Shown one piece after another: positions 7,624 through 16,438 of a stretch of DNA of 43,040 nt. Source of the DNA: a bacterium (GTDB lineage Bacteria; Chlamydiota; Chlamydiia; Chlamydiales; 2-12-FULL-49-11). The translations under genes and the position numbers were made by a program. Numbering within the stretch: position 1 is the first letter of the stretch; every line of letters begins with the position of its first letter. The stretch is taken from positions 1-43,040 of the forward strand of contig JAHZKV010000012.1 in NCBI GenBank assembly GCA_022600215.1, written 5' to 3'. The notes under the pieces are model-generated. The model ran no database searches. It was not told the DNA's origin and saw only the letters and a program-made list of their open reading frames with translations.

Positions 7624-9669
7624 TTAGGAGTCTTGAATGGCAGTGATAGCGATAGTATAGATGATATCATCCACCGTTGCTCCTCGGGAGAGATCATTTA
7701 CCGGTTTCTTAAGTCCTTGTAACACAGGTCCTATTGATAATACCCCGGCTGTTCTTTGGACTGCTTTATAGGTGGTATTTGCTGTATTGAGATCTGGAAA
7801 GATAAAAACGGTAGCTTTTCCAGCAACTTTGCTTTTTGGTGCTTTTATTTTAGCAACATCTGGTACTCCTGCCGCATCGTATTGAAGGGGGCCATCTACA
7901 GGGAAGTCTACCTTTTGCTCTTGAACCAATTTTGTGGCCTTTTTCACCTTTTCTACCTCTTCACCAAACCCGGAAGAACCAGTACTGTAGCTGATCATGG
8001 CAACTTTTGGATCGATATCAAATTGCTTAGCAGAGGCAGCACTTTGGATAGCAATATTTGCTAATTCTTCTGCTGTTGGATTTAAATTAACAGCGCAATC
8101 TCCGTAAACTACTACTTCGGTGGGAAGACACATAAAGAAGATAGAGGAGACAAGTGCTGCACCTTTTGCCGTTTTTAAGATTTTTAGAGCAGGGCTCACC
8201 ACATTTGCAGTGGTGGTATTAGCACCTGCTACTAGGCCATCTACCTCTCCTTTTTCTAGCATCATCATCCCTACTACGATGGGATCTGTGAGGGATTTTT
8301 TTGCCATTTCTTCTGTCATCCCTTTGTGCTTACGAATGGCAACAAGGTCATCGATATAATTTTTTGCAATGGTGGCAGGATTTTGTATTACTATCTCTTT
8401 GTGTAAAGAGGTGTTATGCTCTTTACAAAGAGCTTCTATTTCTTTTTTTTGACCAAGGAGGACGATCTTTGCGATCTTTTTCTCCATGCAGGCGTTGGCT
8501 GCGTTAATAATACGTATATCATCGCCTTCAGGTAAGACAATGGTCTTTTTTTTGCTTTTTGCTTTTTCTATTAAATGGTAGCGAAATGCAGTGGGGGACA
8601 TGAGCAGCTCTGTGCTTTTTTTCATCTGAGCTATTTTTTTCATATCCAATTTCTTTGCGATGTGGTCGACGATTTTAGCTAGAAGTTCTTTTTCTTGGCT
8701 ATGTGGAGTCATATTTTGTAGAGCAATCGAGGTTCTTAGACTATCTGTTTCCACCGAAAGGATGGGAAGTCCTTTATCCATTGCCTTTTTACAAAGGTCT
8801 AAAGTGTTTTGGCTAGGTGTATGACCGCCTGTTAGGACAAGCCCAGATATCTCAATTCCATTTACATAAGCCATACAGGTGGCGATAATAATATCTGATC
8901 GATCTCCAGAGGTTAAGATCATCACTCCTTTTTTTAGAAGAGGCGAGAGCGTTTCTACGGTTGCCGCTGCTAAGATAAAATGGAGGATAGAGGGATTTTT
9001 GTAAGCTTTTTGATTCAAAGGCGTTGCTTTTAGATGTTGCTCAATGGTTTTTGGGTTTGGAGACATGAGCAATCTTTCCCATGGGATGATTCCGAGAAGG
9101 GGAAAAGGGGAGTTTTTTAGGGAGTCTTTAGAAAGGGGTTCTTCTTTTATAGGGTCAAAAAGATCTACCCTTGTATTTCCATATCCATCAACTGGAGCCC
9201 CTGCTTTATTGAGAATGTATCCTATAATATTTTCTTTTGGGATAGAGGAGAATCGCTCTTTTGTGATGAGTAAATGATCCTTAAGTGCCTCCATTTTATG
9301 CCCTCGCAAGGTGGTAACAAAGATCACTCTTGCAGAAAGGGCTGCGCCAATGCGGTTGTTAAGGTGGGAGGCAAAAGTGTGGTCGTGAAGGTAGGGGAAA
9401 CCTTCTATGAGAACAAGGGAATCTTTTTTTGCATGGATAGCAACATATCCCACCACATGATCGAGTATCTTTTCCTCTTTTTTTTCACTTAGCAATCTTT
9501 CTACAAAGGCAGCAGGGAGTTTGGTGGGATCTTTTTCTCCTTTTCTGGCAAAAGGGGAGAGCAGGAGGGCTTTTTTACCTTCTTTTTTTAGACTCTTTTC
9601 AATGGCAAGAGCAGTGGATCGTAAGCCAACATCTTTACAGGTAGGAGCGATTAAGATAACATCTCTCAT
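7624..9669 (-). CDS. pta: Phosphate acetyltransferase, long form (P-loop/DRTGG N-terminal region + PTA domain)
   Basis: 681 aa. The C-terminal half has typical PTA_PTB sequence (…IVLPEGDDIRIINAA…, …GANTTTANVVSPALK…, …SRGATVDDIIYTIAITAIQ). Its ATG overlaps the ackA stop (ATGA). Confidence 0.93.
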   Translation of the reverse strand: MRDVILIAPTCKDVGLRSTALAIEKSLKKEGKKALLLSPFARKGEKDPTKLPAAFVERLLSEKKEEKILDHVVGYVAIHAKKDSLVLIEGFPYLHDHTFASHLNNRIGAALSARVIFVTTLRGHKMEALKDHLLITKERFSSIPKENIIGYILNKAGAPVDGYGNTRVDLFDPIKEEPLSKDSLKNSPFPLLGIIPWERLLMSPNPKTIEQHLKATPLNQKAYKNPSILHFILAAATVETLSPLLKKGVMILTSGDRSDIIIATCMAYVNGIEISGLVLTGGHTPSQNTLDLCKKAMDKGLPILSVETDSLRTSIALQNMTPHSQEKELLAKIVDHIAKKLDMKKIAQMKKSTELLMSPTAFRYHLIEKAKSKKKTIVLPEGDDIRIINAANACMEKKIAKIVLLGQKKEIEALCKEHNTSLHKEIVIQNPATIAKNYIDDLVAIRKHKGMTEEMAKKSLTDPIVVGMMMLEKGEVDGLVAGANTTTANVVSPALKILKTAKGAALVSSIFFMCLPTEVVVYGDCAVNLNPTAEELANIAIQSAASAKQFDIDPKVAMISYSTGSSGFGEEVEKVKKATKLVQEQKVDFPVDGPLQYDAAGVPDVAKIKAPKSKVAGKATVFIFPDLNTANTTYKAVQRTAGVLSIGPVLQGLKKPVNDLSRGATVDDIIYTIAITAIQDS

Positions 9670-10832
9670 AGCTTCCTCCGTATATCGTCTGTATCTTTTG
9701 CAATTAGTAATTCTTCATTGGTTGGGATAACGCCAATAGTTTTACCTTTGCTGGAGATAATTCCTGCTTGCCCTCTAGCAAGATTTTGATGAAGCTTTGT
9801 GTCGAGCGTAAAGCTCGGTAGTAGGTCTATTACTTTTTTACGAATGAGGGGAGAATTTTCCCCTATTCCACCTGTGAAGATAAGGGCATCTGCACCACCG
9901 GTTGGCACTTCATAGCTAGCGATATACTTTGCAAGGCGGTAGCAAAAAATTTCAATAGCAAGAGTGGCTTGCTTATTTCCTTTTTCCATCTCCTCTTCTA
10001 AGAGTCTCATATCACTAGAGATACCAGAGATTCCTAGTAGACCGCTTTCCTTGTTTAACATCTGCAGAAGGCCTTCTGTGTTAAGGTCTAGCTTCTTTCC
10101 AAGGAAGGGGAGCATCCCAGGATCTATATCACCGGAACGTGTACCCATGACTAGCCCTTCTAGCGGGGTAAATCCCATGGAAGTATCTACGCTTTTGCCA
10201 TTTTTCACTGCACAGACGCTGGCGCCATTTCCTAGGTGAGCAATGATAATGTTTTTCGCATGAGGGAGGAGCTTTTCTGCTTCCATGGTAATGAATCGAT
10301 GGGAGGTGCCATGAAAGCCATACCTTCTTACATGGAATTTTTCATAGTGCTCATAGGCAATGGCATATAAGTAGGCCTGTTTTTGAAGGCTCATGTGGAA
10401 GGCTGTATCAAATACCGCAACATTTGGTAGCATTGGAAAGCTCTTTCGGAAAATTTCTATCCCTTTTAGATTGGCAGGGTTGTGCAGGGGAGCAAGGCTA
10501 TTGCAATCTTTTATCTTGGCAATCACTTCATCGGTGATAAGGGCTGATTCAGAAAAATGTTCCCCACCATGAACTACTCGATGCCCAATCCCTTTGATGT
10601 CTGCTTGATAAGGTTGTAAAAGCTCTAAAATAGCAGCTATAACCTCCTCATATCCGGTGCCGGGCAAGGATAGAGTCCCACCTGCATGCTTGATTTGACA
10701 TCTCTTGCTACCTATATTTTCAGCAAGACCTTTCAGGATAACCTCATGAGAATGAGGCTCTATAAGCTGAAATTTGATGGAGGAGCTTCCGCAGTTTAGG
10801 ACAAAAATGGTATCGTTCATACCTTTAAGCAA
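9666..10832 (-). CDS. ackA: Acetate kinase
   Basis: …IFVLNCGSSSIKFQL…, …HRVVHGG…, …VAVFDTAFH…, …RYGFHGTSH…, …IIAHLGNGAS… motifs. Start is either TTG 10832 or ATG 10820. Confidence 0.95.
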   Translation of the reverse strand: MLKGMNDTIFVLNCGSSSIKFQLIEPHSHEVILKGLAENIGSKRCQIKHAGGTLSLPGTGYEEVIAAILELLQPYQADIKGIGHRVVHGGEHFSESALITDEVIAKIKDCNSLAPLHNPANLKGIEIFRKSFPMLPNVAVFDTAFHMSLQKQAYLYAIAYEHYEKFHVRRYGFHGTSHRFITMEAEKLLPHAKNIIIAHLGNGASVCAVKNGKSVDTSMGFTPLEGLVMGTRSGDIDPGMLPFLGKKLDLNTEGLLQMLNKESGLLGISGISSDMRLLEEEMEKGNKQATLAIEIFCYRLAKYIASYEVPTGGADALIFTGGIGENSPLIRKKVIDLLPSFTLDTKLHQNLARGQAGIISSKGKTIGVIPTNEELLIAKDTDDIRRKL

Positions 10833-10861
10833 TCATAATGGGGAATTTAACCGAAATAGAA

Positions 10862-12181
10862 TTATTCCATAATAGAAGGTATGGTCATATTTTCTAAAGA
10901 ATAGGTGGCATTTATGTGGTCAAACCGATCAGCTCGTCCTCTTAGTCTTGTGATAAGGCTACTTTTATAGAGTGCATCAAATCCGACAAGCAATCCTGCT
11001 GTGAGGATAGATATTATTACATAAGCTACTTTCTTTGCGGTGCTTGCGCCTTTCCAGATGCTAAAGTTACTCTCACCTTCTTTTGCGCAAAGGATTTTTG
11101 GGATAGCAAGTCTTGGATTGATTCCTTCCCCTGTATGTTCTAGGTAGGTATTAATAGCAAAACCTCTTGCTCCTGAAACAACGCCTGCTCCTACGGAGAT
11201 AGCTACTAGGGCGCTAGTAGAAACAGCCAAATGAGCTATTGGCGTTGTAAGAGCTAAGGCTGTTACTGCAAGTGTCGCAACAGAAAGAGTATGAATTTTT
11301 AATACTTTTTTTCTTTGTCTTTCTAAAAAGGATAAAATATTGGTTCCTCTTCTAATAAAATCTTCTAAATCCTCTTCAAATGTGACCTCCAAGAGATTCT
11401 TTGGACTAATAGGATCATGAGGATCATATTCATCTATAGCGGAAGCTGCTGTTTTAAAAGCGTCTACAGTGTTTGCTCCTACTCGTCTGCCTAGGTAGTC
11501 TGCTTTTTTAGGTTCTGCTTCATTACTTACATATTGATGGTAAAGCTGCGCGATTTTTCTTTGCAGAATGATTGCTTTTAGTTGTAGAAGTTTTTTATTT
11601 ATGGATCCAGTCAATCGCATACCTTGAAAGTCTTCTAAAAGACTGTCAATAACGATTCTATTTGCTGCGATATATTCTTGCACCTGCTCAAGATCCCTAT
11701 CCCCGGATAGCGTAAGCTTTTCTAGTATAGAGAGTGTTTTATCGATTTGCTCTTTGGCATGAAAACGTAGAGATTTCACTAATTCTACTACAGTACGAAT
11801 ACTTTCAATTACAAGGTAGATAGCACTCAAAATGGTAAGTACAATAAGTACTCCCGATAGGGCAGCCCCTAAGCTAGCTTTGATTAGACTGCTTGATACT
11901 TTTATTTTTTCGATGATCTGCTTAGCACAAGATAGAAGAGAAATTATTACTTTTGTGGGTAGTCCTGCAATATCAAGGGATGCGTGAAATGTTCCTTCTG
12001 TGCTCTTAGTTATGCGGGCATGTCTAGCTCTTTTTATTAAAGGTTTTGCATCAAGAAGAGCAAACAGGCCAGCAGAGATTCCAGCAGTTTTTCCTGAAGT
12101 TGGGCCTTGAAGTGAGGTTGTTCTTGCTCTGCTATTACTTAAAGATGGTATATTTGTATGAAAAGTACCGTATGATTCCAT
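10862..12181 (-). CDS. Inc-like membrane protein (candidate type III-secreted inclusion membrane protein)
   Basis: 439 aa. Polar Ser/Thr-rich N-terminus and central coiled region. Bilobed hydrophobic segment LSVATLAVTALALTTPIAHLAVSTSALVAISVGAGVV, plus two further TM segments. Confidence 0.5.
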   Translation of the reverse strand: MESYGTFHTNIPSLSNSRARTTSLQGPTSGKTAGISAGLFALLDAKPLIKRARHARITKSTEGTFHASLDIAGLPTKVIISLLSCAKQIIEKIKVSSSLIKASLGAALSGVLIVLTILSAIYLVIESIRTVVELVKSLRFHAKEQIDKTLSILEKLTLSGDRDLEQVQEYIAANRIVIDSLLEDFQGMRLTGSINKKLLQLKAIILQRKIAQLYHQYVSNEAEPKKADYLGRRVGANTVDAFKTAASAIDEYDPHDPISPKNLLEVTFEEDLEDFIRRGTNILSFLERQRKKVLKIHTLSVATLAVTALALTTPIAHLAVSTSALVAISVGAGVVSGARGFAINTYLEHTGEGINPRLAIPKILCAKEGESNFSIWKGASTAKKVAYVIISILTAGLLVGFDALYKSSLITRLRGRADRFDHINATYSLENMTIPSIME

Positions 12182-12207
12182 AATAAAACTCTAATTAAAT
12201 CGAGTCT

Positions 12208-12236
12208 ATTATAACATAATATAGTAATAATTTCAA
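12208..12236 (-). promoter_or_regulatory. Near-consensus promoter: TTGAAA -17- TATAAT with TG extension
   Basis: Minus strand: TTGAAA (12236-12231), 17-nt spacer ending in TGT, TATAAT (12213-12208). It lies about 27 nt upstream of the ATG at 12181. Confidence 0.5.
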
Positions 12237-12248
12237 TAATTATAGATT

Positions 12249-12806
12249 TTACTCTAGATCTCTTTCTAAATCGAGGGGCTCTTTCATTAGAAAAAGCTCT
12301 TTTTGAGTGGTGATATCCTCTAACAGTATGATTTTTAGAGAGATAAGCTCTTCTATAAGGGCTCTTACACTCTCAATATAATGGAAAAGTCTTTTGCACA
12401 ACATCTTAGAGGTGACGTCAACGGATTTCTCCTTAATATTATTGATATCTGCGGAGATATCTGCGATATTGTTTTTCAGCGCAATCGCAGTGAGGGTAAG
12501 CCCGTGAAGGGATTTGTAGGCAATAAAATCGTCTCGATATTTTTCAATCTCGGAGAATACGATCAGCATGTAGGTCACATCTCTGTAGAAGGGTAAGATC
12601 ACATCAAGTGCTGTTTCCTTCGACCACATATGCTCGAGTACAAAATAAAAAGCAGTGGCTTTTAGTCGATCTTTCTTTTTGGCTTTGCTGGAGAGGGAGT
12701 AGAAGTAGGCGTGAAGAGGCTCTATGCTTGCTAAGATGGGCTCTAATGCCTCATCAAGTTCATGAATTACATCGATATGTGGAATGGTAGATGATGGCCT
12801 ATGCAT
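12249..12806 (-). CDS. Hypothetical acidic 185-aa protein (possible chaperone/partner of the Inc-like protein)
   Basis: Strong RBS AGGAGGAAG 4 nt before the ATG. Immediately upstream of the Inc-like gene. No recognisable motif. Confidence 0.55.
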   Translation of the reverse strand: MHRPSSTIPHIDVIHELDEALEPILASIEPLHAYFYSLSSKAKKKDRLKATAFYFVLEHMWSKETALDVILPFYRDVTYMLIVFSEIEKYRDDFIAYKSLHGLTLTAIALKNNIADISADINNIKEKSVDVTSKMLCKRLFHYIESVRALIEELISLKIILLEDITTQKELFLMKEPLDLERDLE

Positions 12807-12812
12807 CGCTTC

Positions 12813-12853
12813 CTCCTATTTCCTCTCACCATGTCTGATGAGAGAAATAGGAG
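12813..12853 (-). promoter_or_regulatory. 15-bp hairpin pairing CUCCU with the AGGAG of the downstream RBS
   Basis: Minus strand: CUCCUAUUUCUCUCA-ucagacaugg-UGAGAGGAAAUAGGAG, then GAAGCG-AUG (the 185-aa gene). One bulged base. The 5-prime arm carries the conserved motif shared with 13311-13350. Confidence 0.45.
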
Positions 12854-12895
12854 CAAGGTTTTTCTATTTTCGCTTGTAGATGAATAGATTTACGA

Positions 12896-13276
12896 TTATT
12901 CCGGGAATAGTCTTCTTCTAGCTCTAGTACGTTGTGGAGTGTGGATCCCTCTACCCATACGCCCAGCAAGAGGAGTGTGAATATTGGTTCCTTCTGGAGT
13001 AAGGATAGCAAAAAATATATTATCTGGGCTTTCTGCTCCAGGTGTTCTTGGACCAGCTAGTTGTGCTGGCAAGGGTAAATTATTTGCTGCTTGTATTCTT
13101 TGTCGTAATTGAGCAAGAATTACAGGGTTTATAGGTGCGCCTTGCTCTTCAGGAGACTCTAAGTGTGCTCCTCCAGCTAACGCTCCGTTTTGTCTGTGTA
13201 TTCCGGTATTTCTTCCTACTGCTGGGGGAGCGTTAAAATGCTGAACTCCTTGTGCTGGAGGTGTATGCATATCCAT
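12896..13276 (-). CDS. Small Pro/Gly/Ala-rich, probably disordered protein (126 aa, starts MDM)
   Basis: ORF with an AAGGA RBS. Low-complexity composition (…GPRTPGAESP…, Arg-rich tail). No homolog recognised. Confidence 0.45.
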   Translation of the reverse strand: MDMHTPPAQGVQHFNAPPAVGRNTGIHRQNGALAGGAHLESPEEQGAPINPVILAQLRQRIQAANNLPLPAQLAGPRTPGAESPDNIFFAILTPEGTNIHTPLAGRMGRGIHTPQRTRARRRLFPE

Positions 13277-13310
13277 GAGTATTATCCTTTGTTATTTTTA
13301 TGTGTGTGTA

Positions 13311-13350
13311 TGCTCCCATTTCTACATTTTAAGAATAAGAAATAGGAGCA
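13311..13350 (-). promoter_or_regulatory. 13-bp hairpin carrying the same CUCCUAUUUCU 5-prime arm motif
   Basis: Minus strand: UGCUCCUAUUUCU-14 nt-AGAAAUGGGAGCA. The single non-Watson-Crick pair is G-U on the minus strand and C-A on the plus strand. It starts 10 nt after the stop of the upstream small ORF. Confidence 0.45.
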
Positions 13351-13359
13351 AGTTTTTAT

Positions 13360-13554
13360 TTATGCTTGATCTTGAGCAATAACAAAATTTAGTCTTTTAA
13401 CAACGCTTGGAGTTGGTTGTCCTTGATACATAGCTCTTAACGCAACTGCTCGTACATCTTTTCTTTCTGGTGCCCATTGTTGAGCATGGTGATTGTTGTC
13501 TTGGGCTCTTTCTGGTGTTCTTGGCCCGTTTTGATGATTTATTTGCATGTCCAT
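13360..13554 (-). CDS. Small His/Gln/Pro-rich protein (64 aa from MDMQINHQNGPRTPE…)
   Basis: Preferred start is ATG 13554, preceded by AGGGAGAG. The track start at 13602 has no RBS. Shares the MDM start and a GPRTP motif with the 126-aa neighbour. Confidence 0.4.
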   Translation of the reverse strand: MDMQINHQNGPRTPERAQDNNHHAQQWAPERKDVRAVALRAMYQGQPTPSVVKRLNFVIAQDQA

Positions 13555-13875
13555 ATTTTCTCTCCCTTTGTTGTGGTTATGGTGCGAGTAATAGTAGATC
13601 ATCGTAGCTATTAATTACAATATGCATTGATATTTATAAATCTATTAAGAAATATTATCTAACAATTATTCGTTATTTTTAAAAAGTATTTTTGTGTTAT
13701 GCGGATTGTGTCTGAGGAGCTCTGAGTCAAGGGTGAGGAGCTTTTTATTGCTCCTTATATTTATTAAAGCTAAGAATTTTTATTCCTGAATTTTTATTGT
13801 TTCTATTAGGATTAAAATTATTTATTTGTTATACCTAAAAAATATTCATACCTTTTTATTAGTAGGAGATTCCTT

Positions 13876-16437
13876 TTGAAAAAACAAGATCTCGATGTCC
13901 ATGCAAAAATGATGGCTCAGCAGGTAAAGCACTATATTATTTCGATGATGGGAAAGACTTTTCAAGAGGCAACCGATGGGGAGATATATCGTGCTCTTGC
14001 TTTTGTGTTAAGAGAACAAGTGATGGTGCACTGGGCAGCTGCTGCGCACACTTTTTCGATGGAGAAAGCACGTAAAGTGTATTATCTATCGCTGGAGTGG
14101 CTTCCTGGAAGAATCTCTTTGAACAACATCATTAACATCTCCAATATTGACTTGGTGCGGGAGGTGTTGAATCATTTAGGAAAAGATTTTCAGCAGATTT
14201 TGGTAACAGAGCCAGAGCCAGGTTTAGGTAATGGTGGCCTTGGACGTCTTGCTGCTTGCTTTTTAGATTCTTTAGCGACTCACCATTATCCTGTAATGGG
14301 GTATGGCCTTCGTTATCAATATGGTATTTTTGAGCAGAGTTTGTGGGCAGGGGTGCAAATTGAGCGAAGTGATCGTTGGTTGTTAAATGAGTATCCATGG
14401 GAGCTTCGTCGAGATAGCTGGGCAACAACTGTTGAATATCATGGATCTTTAATTGAGAAGAAGAATAAGCATGATGAGATGGTGCATAATCTTGCGAACC
14501 ATCAAGATGTGCGTACAGTTCCTTATGATATTCCAATCGTGGGATTTGGTGGAGATGATGATTATTCAGCGCTCACTCTTCGTTTGTGGACTACGAAGGA
14601 ATCGCCTGCGAACTTTTCTATTGAGAGCTTTAATGATGGCGATATTGCTGATGCTGTGATTAATACTTCTTTGACCGACGTACTCTATCCAAATGATAAG
14701 AATATGCTTGGATTTATTATGAGGATCAAGCAAGAGTTTTTGCTTGTTTCTGCTTCTTTGCAAGATATCATTCGTCAACATATGGATGTGTATCAAACCA
14801 TGGATAATTTCCGTGATAAGGTGCGTATCCAGATTAATGATACTCATCCAGCACTTATTATCGCAGAATTAATCCGGATTTTCACTAAAGATCATGAGCA
14901 CAAGTTTGGAGAGGCTTTAGAGATAGTACAAGAGGTGTGTAGTTACACCAATCATACTGTTTTGAGAGAGTCTTTGGAGGTGTGGGATCAGGAGCATATT
15001 AAGGAGATTTTACCTGCACAATTCCATATTATTGAACGTCTGAATCAGATGTTTTGTGATAAAGTTCGTAGCACCTATCCTAATGATGAAGAAAAAGTGC
15101 GCCGCATGTCTATTATTGAGGAAGGAAGAATTAAGATGGCCAATTTGGCAATCGTAGGATCACATAAAGTGAATGGCGTAGCTGCTCTGCATACGGAGAT
15201 TATTAAAGAAAAGCTCTTTGCAGATTTTACAGAGATGATGCCTGATAAATTTGTCAATGTGACTAACGGAGTAACGCAAAGAAGGTGGCTGTATAAATGC
15301 AATCCTGGCCTTTCAGCCTTGTTGATCGATTGTATTGGGATGGGGTGGATTACTGATTTGTCCCAACTAGAGAAGCTCAAGGAGCATATTGATAAAGAAG
15401 AAGTGTGGCAAAGATTTTTGCAGATCAAGAAGGATAATAAAGAGCGCCTCGTACGTACCCTTGAGTGTTTCATGCAAGAGAAGGGGCATACAGAAGAAGA
15501 GATAAAGAATGAGCTCTTTTTTGATAATGAGGCCTTGTTTGATGTGCAAATCAAGCGTATTCATGAATATAAACGGCAATTGATGAATTGTATGCATATC
15601 ATTGTGCTGTATAATCGCTTGAAAAATGATCCAAGCTCTGTGAAGATCAAGAGAAAGATTGTAATTGGTGGTAAGGCGGCGCCTGGATATGAGATGGCAA
15701 AAAATATCATCCGTTTGATCTATATTTTATCACGAAAAATTCATGGTAATGAACATATTCGAGAGAAGCTGAAAGTAGCCTATATTGAGAATTATAATGT
15801 TTCTAAGGCAGAGATTATTATCCCTGCAGCAGATTTATCGGAGCAGATTTCTACCGCTTCTATGGAGGCCTCAGGAACGGGTAATATGAAACTTTCAATG
15901 AATGGGGCACTTACCATTGGAACCGATGATGGAGCTAATGTGGAGATGCGTGAAGCGGTGGGCGATGAACACTGGCCATTCTTATTTGGATATTCCTCTG
16001 ATGAGGTGAATAAAATTTCGCAAGAGGGGACACATGATCCTGATAAAATCTTGCAAGAGCATGCAGAGGTTCGTGAAGCGATGGAGCGTCTTCGTGATGG
16101 CTCTTTGGTAGAGAATGAGGCGGAAGATAAAGTTCTTAAAGATATCTATGATTCCTTGATGGTTGGGGAGAATAGAGATAGATATTTAGTTCTTGGTGAC
16201 TTGCCAGGCTATATCGCAGCACAAGATAGGGTGGCAGATCTCTATCAAGATAAGGAGAAGTGGGCGAAGATGTGCCTTTGGAATATTGCCTCGATGGGAA
16301 CCTTTTCTTCTGATGTCTCGGTGAAGAATTATGCAGAGAAGATCTGGAATATTAAGCCATGCCCTATCAATAAGGAAGAGCTAAAACGTATTCGAACGGA
16401 GTTTGAAGAATCAGATCGCTGCTATGTTAGTGATTAG
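13876..16437 (+). CDS. glgP: Glycogen phosphorylase
   Basis: 853 aa with hallmark motifs (…EPGLGNGGLGRLAACFLDS…, …INDTHPAL…, …EASGTGNMKLSMNGALTIGTDDGANVEM…). TTG start at 13876 is 8 nt after AGGAG. Confidence 0.96.
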   Translation: MKKQDLDVHAKMMAQQVKHYIISMMGKTFQEATDGEIYRALAFVLREQVMVHWAAAAHTFSMEKARKVYYLSLEWLPGRISLNNIINISNIDLVREVLNHLGKDFQQILVTEPEPGLGNGGLGRLAACFLDSLATHHYPVMGYGLRYQYGIFEQSLWAGVQIERSDRWLLNEYPWELRRDSWATTVEYHGSLIEKKNKHDEMVHNLANHQDVRTVPYDIPIVGFGGDDDYSALTLRLWTTKESPANFSIESFNDGDIADAVINTSLTDVLYPNDKNMLGFIMRIKQEFLLVSASLQDIIRQHMDVYQTMDNFRDKVRIQINDTHPALIIAELIRIFTKDHEHKFGEALEIVQEVCSYTNHTVLRESLEVWDQEHIKEILPAQFHIIERLNQMFCDKVRSTYPNDEEKVRRMSIIEEGRIKMANLAIVGSHKVNGVAALHTEIIKEKLFADFTEMMPDKFVNVTNGVTQRRWLYKCNPGLSALLIDCIGMGWITDLSQLEKLKEHIDKEEVWQRFLQIKKDNKERLVRTLECFMQEKGHTEEEIKNELFFDNEALFDVQIKRIHEYKRQLMNCMHIIVLYNRLKNDPSSVKIKRKIVIGGKAAPGYEMAKNIIRLIYILSRKIHGNEHIREKLKVAYIENYNVSKAEIIIPAADLSEQISTASMEASGTGNMKLSMNGALTIGTDDGANVEMREAVGDEHWPFLFGYSSDEVNKISQEGTHDPDKILQEHAEVREAMERLRDGSLVENEAEDKVLKDIYDSLMVGENRDRYLVLGDLPGYIAAQDRVADLYQDKEKWAKMCLWNIASMGTFSSDVSVKNYAEKIWNIKPCPINKEELKRIRTEFEESDRCYVSD

Positions 16438-16438
16438 A

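Noticed and set aside
12813-13350. Reading the two hairpins after the small ORFs as ordinary intrinsic terminators of the minus-strand genes.
   Set aside because: On the minus strand neither stem is followed by a U-tract; the T-runs lie on the plus-strand side. They are kept as regulatory or structural elements of uncertain function.
14132-15597. Minus-strand ORFs of 76-159 aa inside glgP.
   Set aside because: They are antisense to a complete 853-aa glycogen phosphorylase with hallmark motifs, and they have no RBS or recognisable features.
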